Shown here one piece after another: positions 57,603-64,000 of a stretch of DNA of 64,000 nt. The stretch covers positions 60,399-124,398 of the forward strand of contig CAZQDY010000001.1 in the NCBI GenBank assembly GCA_964592075.1. Direction: 5' to 3'. The translations under genes were made by a program, and so were the position numbers. Source of the DNA: an uncultured Gaiellales bacterium. GTDB taxonomy: Bacteria; Actinomycetota; Thermoleophilia; RBG-16-64-13. The notes beneath the pieces are model-generated. The model had not been told where the DNA came from and did not search any database. It saw only the letters and a list, made by a program, of their open reading frames with translations. Within the stretch, counting starts at the first letter, position 1; each line of letters begins with the position of its first letter.

Positions 57603-58037
57603 ATGATGGACACCATCTTGGTAGGAGTGGACGGTTCGGAAGCGGCCGGGGTCGCTTTGGAGTTCGCGGTGGAAGAGGCGACCTTGCGGGGCGCCTCACT
57701 CAGGGTGATCTCGGTCTGGGAGGCGCCGCCTCTGGCTCAGCAGGAGGCGCTCACGGCCCCCGGTCTTTTCGAGACCCTTCATCGGGGAGCGGAGATCATC
57801 GTGGCAGAGGCGATCGAGCGCGTGCACGAGCTGAACCCGGACTTACCGTGTCAGGGGGAGGCGCTGGAGGGATGGGCCCAGGCCGTCCTGGTGGAGGAGT
57901 CCAAGGGCGCCCTCCTTACCGTCGTCGGCAGAAGAGGGCAGGGCGCGCTCGCCTCTCTCTTCCTGGGCTCGGTGAGCCGGCACGTGGTAGACCACGCCCC
58001 CTGCCCGGTCATCGTGGTGCCGCCGCTGGTACGGTAG
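57603..58037 (+). CDS. Universal stress protein (UspA family)
   Basis: ILVGVDGSEAA, VVGRRGQG...LGSVSRHVVDHAPCPVIVV. Confidence 0.93.
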   Translation: MMDTILVGVDGSEAAGVALEFAVEEATLRGASLRVISVWEAPPLAQQEALTAPGLFETLHRGAEIIVAEAIERVHELNPDLPCQGEALEGWAQAVLVEESKGALLTVVGRRGQGALASLFLGSVSRHVVDHAPCPVIVVPPLVR

Positions 58038-58069
58038 GCGGTCTCTCCTCTCGGAGGCGATCCCCTCGG

Positions 58070-59539
58070 CTAGCCGTGCTTCAGATAGACCAGCTTGAGT
58101 TGGGTGTATCCTTCCGGCCCTATCACGCCGCCTTCTTTGGCCAGACCGCTCTCCTTGAAGCCGCCCCAGGGAGTCTCGGGAGAGAGGTTCATGTGCTGGT
58201 TCACCCACACGGTGCCGGCCTGCAGGCCGTTCACCAGTCTCAAGGCCCGGGCGTAGTCATTGGTCCAGACGGAAGCGCAGAGACCGAAGACGGTGTCGTT
58301 GGCCGCCTGCAGGACTTCTTCGTCCGACGAGAACCGGTGGATACCCACCACCGGACCGAACACCTCTTCCCGGGAGATCGTCATGGACTGGGTGACGCCC
58401 GTGAACACCGTGGGCATGACGTAGAAGCCCCTATCGAGAGGGGGCTGCGCCGGCCTCCGCCCTCCGGTCGCTAGGCCGGCCCCCTCTTCGATGGCCGAGG
58501 CGATGTAGCCCTCGATGCGGTCCCTCCGCTCCCTGCTGACCACCGGGCCCATCACCGTGTCGTAACCGGCGGGGTCCCCCACCTTGATCGCCTCCGCGGC
58601 CGCGACGAAAGCCGTCACGAACCTGTCGTGGACCCTTTCCTGCACGTACAGCCTGGAAGGCTGGGCGCAGTTCTGCCCGGCATTCTCGAAGGCGATGCCA
58701 CAGAGCTCCGCCGCGACGGCCTCCACGTCGGCGTCCTCTAGGACGATGGCGGGGTTCTTGCCTCCCAGCTCCATGATGAGGGTCTTCACCGTCTGGCTGG
58801 AAGCGGCGATGATGGACTTGCCGACCTCGGAGCTGCCTGTGAAGCTCACGAGATCCACGTCCGGGTGTGACGCCAGGGCGCTTCCGACCGTGCCGCCTGG
58901 ACCGGTCACGATATTGACCACGCCCGGAGGCAGATCCAGTCCGGCCAGGATCTCCGCCCACTTCAGTCCGATCCCCGAATTGATGCTGGGAGGTTTGAGC
59001 ACGCAGGTGTTGCCGGGGGCCAGGCAGAACCCGAGCTTGGTCGCGATCATGAGTGACGGCACATTCCATGGCGTGATGAGGGCGCATACGCCCACAGGCT
59101 CGCGCTGCATGTAGGCGACAGTGCTGGGACCGGCGCCGGGGGCGTCGCCCTTGCTGGAGGCGGCCGGTAGGACCTGGCCCATGAGGGTTCTCGCCCCTGA
59201 GGCCGCCAGCTCCAGGTTGCCCGCGGCGAATCCCATCATCATGGGTGCGTGCGTCGCGGTGGCGCCGTGCTCCAACACCTCGAGCCGGGCCAGCTCCTCG
59301 GCGTGCTCCCTTACGGCCGCCGCGATGCGGGCGACCACGGCGGAGCGGTCCGACTGGCTCATCATCGACCAGCCGGGCAGCGCCGCACGCGCGGCGGCCA
59401 CGGCCTTGTCCACATCCGACGCTCCCCCGAGAGGGGCCTCGGCCACCACGTCTCCCGTCGCCGGGTTGTGGGTGTGAAAAGTCATGCCGGAGTCGGCGTC
59501 GGCCCAACGGCCGTCGATCCACATCCTATAGGTGTCCAT
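58070..59539 (-). CDS. Aldehyde dehydrogenase family protein 1
   Basis: ITPWN, LKPP, FTGSSEVG, MELGGK, NAGQNC (catalytic Cys), EEVFGP, FGGFK-like WGGFKESG. Confidence 0.93.
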   Translation of the reverse strand: MDTYRMWIDGRWADADSGMTFHTHNPATGDVVAEAPLGGASDVDKAVAAARAALPGWSMMSQSDRSAVVARIAAAVREHAEELARLEVLEHGATATHAPMMMGFAAGNLELAASGARTLMGQVLPAASSKGDAPGAGPSTVAYMQREPVGVCALITPWNVPSLMIATKLGFCLAPGNTCVLKPPSINSGIGLKWAEILAGLDLPPGVVNIVTGPGGTVGSALASHPDVDLVSFTGSSEVGKSIIAASSQTVKTLIMELGGKNPAIVLEDADVEAVAAELCGIAFENAGQNCAQPSRLYVQERVHDRFVTAFVAAAEAIKVGDPAGYDTVMGPVVSRERRDRIEGYIASAIEEGAGLATGGRRPAQPPLDRGFYVMPTVFTGVTQSMTISREEVFGPVVGIHRFSSDEEVLQAANDTVFGLCASVWTNDYARALRLVNGLQAGTVWVNQHMNLSPETPWGGFKESGLAKEGGVIGPEGYTQLKLVYLKHG

Positions 59540-59597
59540 CTGTCGCTTCTCTCACCTCGTCTCTCGATTGCACGTTTGGGGGCTGGGACGCACCGGC

Positions 59598-61082
59598 CTA
59601 CCTCAGCATGTCCTCCCAGAGGGTGTGCGGTCTTCCCGCCAGGTCGATCCATAGGTGCTTCTGCATCGTGTATTCCTCGAGCGCGAGAGTGGAGTTCTCT
59701 TTCGACCAGCCCGACTCTTTGCATCCTCCCCAGGGGATCTCGGGGACTATGGCCAGATGCTGGTTGATCCACACGGTCCCGGTCTTGATCTGCTCGGACA
59801 TCACCAGGCCAAGCCGGATATCTCGCGTCCAGATCGAAGCGCAAAGGCCGTAGCGGGTGTCGTTGGTGAGGGCGACCGCTTCGTCCGGGTCCCTGAAGGG
59901 CGCCAGCCCCACGACCGGCCCGAAGACCTCTTCCTGCATCAACTCCATCTTGGGGTCGCAGTCGGCGAAGATGGTGGGAAAGACGAAGAGGCCGTTCTGT
60001 GTCTCAAGCGTATCCGGTCTCTCTCCGCCCAGAAGGAGCTTTGCCCCCGATCTCTTCGCCCCCTCGATGTATCCCTCTATGCGGTCCCTGTGTGCTTCGT
60101 AGGCCACCGGGCCGATCATGGTCTCGGGTTTCAGTGGATCGCCCACAGACAGCTTCGCGGCGGCCGTGACGAACCGTCCGGCAAACTCGTCGTAGATCGA
60201 CTCTTGGACGAAGAACCTGCTGGCCGATCCGCAGTTCTGGCCCGAGTTGAAGAACGAGCTCCAGATCGCCCCTTCGATGGCCGCGTCCAGGTCGGCGTCG
60301 CCGAGCACGATAAAGGCGTTTTTGCCCCCCAGCTCGCAGGCCACCGGCTTGACGGCCGCGCTCGCGAGACACATGATGCGCTTCCCGGTCTCGGAATCGC
60401 CGGTGAAGTTGATCTTTGCCACCTTGGGATGGGTCACGAGAGCCTCGCCTATCGAGCCGCCCGGTCCGGTGACTGTGTTAAGCACACCCGCGGGCAGGCC
60501 GGCTTCCGCAGCGAGCTCGCCGAGCCGAAGGACGGTGAGTGGGGCGCAGGAGGGGGGTTTCACGACACACGTGTTGCCGGTGATCAACGCTGGAGCGATC
60601 TTGGCGATCGCGGTCACCAGGGGGAAGTTCCAGGGGGTGATCAGCCCGACCACACCGAGGGGTTCTCTCACCGTCATTGCCCGAGCGGATGGACCTACCG
60701 GCAAGGTCACGCCCGTGAGGCCCCGTCCGACCCCCGCGTAGTACTCGAGGATCCCGGCCGCGGCGGGGATGTCGAACCTGCCCGTCTTGAACACGGGTCC
60801 GCCGTACTGCGCCGTCTCCAGCCGGACGAGCTCGTCGTGGTGGTCGCGGATGAGGCGGGCGAGTTCGAAGAGGACCCTGCCCCGATCCACGGGGTGCTGA
60901 GCCGCCCAAGCCCACTGGGCGCGCGAGGCCGCTTCGACCGCCTGATCCAGGTCTTCCGGACCGGCCTTGGGTACGCTCGCGATCACCCGGCGGTCGGCCG
61001 GGTTCACGACATCCATGGTCGCCCCGCCGGAGGCCTGGACGAGCCCGCCGTCTATCAGCATGCCGTAGGTGTGATCCATCAC
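59598..61082 (-). CDS. Aldehyde dehydrogenase family protein 2
   Basis: ITPWNFP, FTGDSETG, CELGGK, NSGQNC, EEVFGP. Confidence 0.93.
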   Translation of the reverse strand: MMDHTYGMLIDGGLVQASGGATMDVVNPADRRVIASVPKAGPEDLDQAVEAASRAQWAWAAQHPVDRGRVLFELARLIRDHHDELVRLETAQYGGPVFKTGRFDIPAAAGILEYYAGVGRGLTGVTLPVGPSARAMTVREPLGVVGLITPWNFPLVTAIAKIAPALITGNTCVVKPPSCAPLTVLRLGELAAEAGLPAGVLNTVTGPGGSIGEALVTHPKVAKINFTGDSETGKRIMCLASAAVKPVACELGGKNAFIVLGDADLDAAIEGAIWSSFFNSGQNCGSASRFFVQESIYDEFAGRFVTAAAKLSVGDPLKPETMIGPVAYEAHRDRIEGYIEGAKRSGAKLLLGGERPDTLETQNGLFVFPTIFADCDPKMELMQEEVFGPVVGLAPFRDPDEAVALTNDTRYGLCASIWTRDIRLGLVMSEQIKTGTVWINQHLAIVPEIPWGGCKESGWSKENSTLALEEYTMQKHLWIDLAGRPHTLWEDMLR

Positions 61083-61103
61083 ACAACCCTTCTCGGAAAG
61101 GCC

Positions 61104-62537
61104 CTAGGTAGCCTGGTTGATGACCACCATCTTGAGATCGGTGAACTCCTCTAGACCGCACATCGAGCCGTCTTTGCCCACCCCGCTCTCTTTGACGTTC
61201 CCGCCCCAAGGCAGCTCGGGCACCTGGATGCGGGGCATGTTGATGTAGACGCTATCCACACGCAGCCGGTCCGCAAAGCGCAAAGCCTTAGCCACGTCCT
61301 TGGTCCATACGCCGGCGACCAACCCGTACTTCGAATCGTTGGCCAGGTGTATGACTTCATCCTCGGAGGAGAACCTGAGGACAGCCGCCGCCGGCCCGAA
61401 GATCTCCTCCCTGGCGATGGTCATGCCGTGGGCGACGTCTGCCACCACGGTGGGTTGAAGGAAGTAGCCTCGTTCGGCAGCCCGCCCGCCGCCCAAGACG
61501 ATGCGGGCCCCTTCTTCCCTCGCCGACTCGATCAGTTGCTCCACCCGCTCCATCTGCTGCCTGTTCGCCATGGGTCCCATGGTGGTGCTCTCGTCAGTGG
61601 GATCCCCCACCACTATCCGCCCGGCCTGCCCGACGAAGGACTCGACGAAGCGGTCGTAGACCTTCTCGTGCACGTAGTACCTACCCGGCGTCGAGCAGTT
61701 CTGGGAAGTGTTGCCGAAGTGTCTCTGCGCCTGCCAGGTGGCCGCCTTATCGACATCGGCGTCCTCGCAGACGATCACGGGGTTGTTGCCGCCCAGCTCC
61801 ATGACGCACTTCTTCGCCGTCCGGCTCGCCACGCTCATGATCTCTTCGCCCGTCTCGCTGCTGCCGGTGAAACGGATCATGTCGACACCGCGATGACCTG
61901 CCAGAGCCTCGCCCGCCGAGCCGCCCGGCCCTGTCATCAAATTCATCACCCCCGGCGGCAGCCCCAGTTGCTCCAACAGCTCTGTGAACTTGACGGCCAG
62001 GAGCGAGTTGACGCTGGCGGGCTTCAGGATAACCGTGTTGCCGGTGACCAGAGCGGGCGTCACCATGGCGCTCATCATCAGCAGGGGGACGTTCCACGGC
62101 GTGATGACGGCGCATACCCCGACGGGGACCCGTTTCAGGTAGACTGTCGCGTCGGAGAAGGCGTCGAGCACCTGGCCCATGAGCGCGCGGCTGATGGATA
62201 CGAAGAACTCCACCTGGTCGGCCGCGCCGGCGACGAAGCCGCGGGCCATCTGGACCGGTGTGCCGTGCTCGCGCACCTCCAGATCGATCAGTTCATCCGC
62301 GGCATCCCTGATCGCCGCGCCCAGCGGATGGAGCATCTTGGCCCGCTCGGACTGGGTCAACCGCGACCATGCCGGGAAGGCGCTCATCGCAGCCTGTACC
62401 GCTCTGTCGACGTCCGCGGGGCCGCCCAGGGCCGCGCGGCCGATCTCCTCCTCAGTGGCCGGGTTCAGTACCGGGAAGGTCTTGCCCGACTCCGCATCGA
62501 CCCATTTGCCACCGACGAACAACTGGCACTTGCTCAC
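61104..62537 (-). CDS. Aldehyde dehydrogenase family protein 3
   Basis: ITPWN, FTGSSETG, MELGGN, NTSQNC, EEIFGP. Confidence 0.93.
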   Translation of the reverse strand: MSKCQLFVGGKWVDAESGKTFPVLNPATEEEIGRAALGGPADVDRAVQAAMSAFPAWSRLTQSERAKMLHPLGAAIRDAADELIDLEVREHGTPVQMARGFVAGAADQVEFFVSISRALMGQVLDAFSDATVYLKRVPVGVCAVITPWNVPLLMMSAMVTPALVTGNTVILKPASVNSLLAVKFTELLEQLGLPPGVMNLMTGPGGSAGEALAGHRGVDMIRFTGSSETGEEIMSVASRTAKKCVMELGGNNPVIVCEDADVDKAATWQAQRHFGNTSQNCSTPGRYYVHEKVYDRFVESFVGQAGRIVVGDPTDESTTMGPMANRQQMERVEQLIESAREEGARIVLGGGRAAERGYFLQPTVVADVAHGMTIAREEIFGPAAAVLRFSSEDEVIHLANDSKYGLVAGVWTKDVAKALRFADRLRVDSVYINMPRIQVPELPWGGNVKESGVGKDGSMCGLEEFTDLKMVVINQAT

Positions 62538-62669
62538 AGGACCCCCTAGCGAACTCAGATGTGGGTGGACGCAGTGACAATCGCTGCGTCCACGACAGCA
62601 GGCGCTCCAGCGCCCCGAGGCGCGGGGCAGCAGCGGGCGCCTAATGAGGACGGCGCCTGATTGTACCTG

Positions 62670-62692
62670 TTGTATGGTGACATCTGATACAA
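62670..62692. promoter_or_regulatory. Inverted repeat upstream of the ALDH cluster, candidate operator
   Basis: TTGTAT-N11-ATACAA in a locally AT-rich patch. A minus-strand TACAAT -10-like box lies at 62665-62660. Confidence 0.45.
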
Positions 62693-62771
62693 GTTCGCGT
62701 CAATGGGTCGGCAACCGACAAGGAGGGCGGCAAACGCAATCAGGCGATGATCGAGGCGAGACGCCGTATGG

Positions 62772-62806
62772 CGCCGCCGGCCCGTCGGGCAGACGGGCCG
62801 GCGGCG
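62772..62806 (-). terminator. 15-bp stem hairpin downstream of the GRE/NTF2 genes
   Basis: cgccgccggcccgtc-gggca-gacgggccggcggcg. Confidence 0.7.
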
Positions 62807-62839
62807 GCGTGACTCACTGGAGCTGTGCGCGGGAGCCCG

Positions 62840-63346
62840 TCAGACGGCCGGCCCGGTCGCGAAATAGTCGTTCGCGAGGCCGGTCAGCGCCTTGTCCTTG
62901 CAGGCCCCCCACACCTCGAAGAGGCCGCTGAGGTCGCCCTTGCTGGTCTCGGTCCAGTACTTGATCTCTTTGACCTTGAGACCGAGCGCGTCGTCCGGCA
63001 CCAGATGGTAGTGGGCGCTCGCCTGCAAGGGCGGCCACACGGTCCCGGCGTTCTCGTCGACGAACTCGAGTTGGAACTGGACAACCACTATCAGGCGCTG
63101 CAGATCGATGGCGTAGTAGTGTGGCACGAGCGCTTCGTGCATCCCGGGATGGACGAAGGTCATCAGCAGCCCTTCGCGCGACAGCGGCGGTTCCAGCCAC
63201 GGGGGCGGCGTGTACATGTTGAACTGGAAGTCGTCGGTGAAGAACTTCCTCAGATTGCGCACGGTCTCGATAGGGCCCTGGTTCTTGTTGCAGGCCTCGA
63301 AGTAGCCGTCGAACCACTTGGTCACGTTCTCGTACGTCAGCTCCAT
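62840..63346 (-). CDS. Hypothetical protein, possibly NTF2/SnoaL-like fold
   Basis: 168 aa with RBS GGAGGA and coding-like composition. The helix/strand pattern (WFDGYF...FFTDDFQF...YYAIDL...VVVQF...IKYWTE) is reminiscent of NTF2, but the fold call is weak. Confidence 0.6.
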   Translation of the reverse strand: MELTYENVTKWFDGYFEACNKNQGPIETVRNLRKFFTDDFQFNMYTPPPWLEPPLSREGLLMTFVHPGMHEALVPHYYAIDLQRLIVVVQFQLEFVDENAGTVWPPLQASAHYHLVPDDALGLKVKEIKYWTETSKGDLSGLFEVWGACKDKALTGLANDYFATGPAV

Positions 63347-63410
63347 CAGTTCCTCCGTTGGGCGAGATGAGTGTCCGCCGGCGTCGCGTCCGGCGCCTTA
63401 CCGGCTCGTT

Positions 63411-64000
63411 CTAGACCAGGTCCAGCTCGGTCCGCCGGATCAGGTCGTCTTGTATGCCCTCGTACAGCTCCACGAAATAGGCGCTGAAGCCCGCGATGCG
63501 GACCACCAGATCCTTGTGGGCCTCAGGGTTCTTCTTGGCCTCGCGCAGCTTCTCGCTGCTCGTGATGTTGAACTGCAGCTCCATCCCGTCGAGGTCGAAG
63601 TAGGTCTTCACGAGGTCGATGAGCTTCTCCCTGCCTCCGCCTTCCAGCGCCTTGGGGTGGAACTTCATGTTGAGGAGCGTGCCGTTGGCGCTGTGGCGAT
63701 GGTCAAGCCTCGACGCCGACTTGAGGGTTGCCGCCGGACCGCTGGTGTCCATACACTGCACCGGCGAGATGCCGTCGGAGAGGGCCTCCCCCGTCCTGCG
63801 GCCGTCGGGGGTCGCCCAGGTGAGCTTGCCCCACACCACGTGCGTAGCTACGGGATAGAGCCCGGCCGACCAGTGGTTGCCGCGGATGCCCACGCACGAT
63901 CTCACCTTGTCGTTGAACACCTTGGAGATCCACTCGGCGATCTCGTCCGGGTAGTCGAGGTCGTTGCCGTAGTGCGGGGTCTCCTTCATGAGGCGCTGCC
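63411..64000 (-). CDS. Glycyl radical enzyme (PFL-like family), C-terminal part; 5' end outside the window
   Basis: ATPDGRRTGEALSDGISP, NGTLLNMKF, ELQFN, and the glycyl radical loop DLVVRIAGFSAYFVEL. Confidence 0.93.
   Translation of the reverse strand, partial: QRLMKETPHYGNDLDYPDEIAEWISKVFNDKVRSCVGIRGNHWSAGLYPVATHVVWGKLTWATPDGRRTGEALSDGISPVQCMDTSGPAATLKSASRLDHRHSANGTLLNMKFHPKALEGGGREKLIDLVKTYFDLDGMELQFNITSSEKLREAKKNPEAHKDLVVRIAGFSAYFVELYEGIQDDLIRRTELDLV

Overview
High-GC bacterial chromosomal window with no rRNA, tRNA, CRISPR array, IS or phage genes that I can see. Lipoprotein-anchored binding proteins with Thr-rich stalks, a VanW protein and a likely leaderless gene suggest a monoderm, probably actinobacterial host (inference). 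The Mo-bisPGD, glycyl radical and AprAB-like enzymes suggest an anaerobic lifestyle (inference). Apart from purL and vanW it is a dense catabolic and uptake region. (A) 1-12.5 kb: a TetR-flavodoxin fusion divergent from a leftward run of Zn-ADH, an internally deleted lactonase-like gene, a Liv-type ABC importer, IclR, MmgE/PrpD and hydantoinase/oxoprolinase A. (B) 12.5-32.8 kb: an IclR-centred divergent cluster. The rightward arm has an AprA/AprB-like flavoprotein-ferredoxin pair, a cupin, a pyrogallol-transhydroxylase-like molybdoenzyme and an amidohydrolase. The leftward arm has three more amidohydrolases of the same unusual subfamily, a Liv-type ABC importer with a Tat-lipoprotein binding protein, a 2Fe-2S ferredoxin, two SDRs, a SnoaL protein and uncharacterised cupin-like proteins. 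This is the best candidate for an undescribed anaerobic aromatic or heterocycle pathway. (C) 32.9-42 kb: a eukaryote-like single-chain PurL carrying an in-frame array of palindromic 27-bp repeats, VanW, a PLP decarboxylase and a class-III aminotransferase. (D) 42-52.5 kb: split UxaA dehydratase, SnoaL, a third Liv-type ABC importer, a YtcJ-like amidohydrolase, a MerR-TetR fusion and a DMT transporter. (E) 52.7-64 kb: an orphan MCP, a TRAP transporter (P-M-Q order) with a USP, three tandem aldehyde dehydrogenases, an NTF2-like protein and the 3' end of a glycyl radical enzyme. All family assignments come from motif recognition by eye; no database searches were run. Several start codons were re-chosen relative to the ORF track using RBS and motif context.
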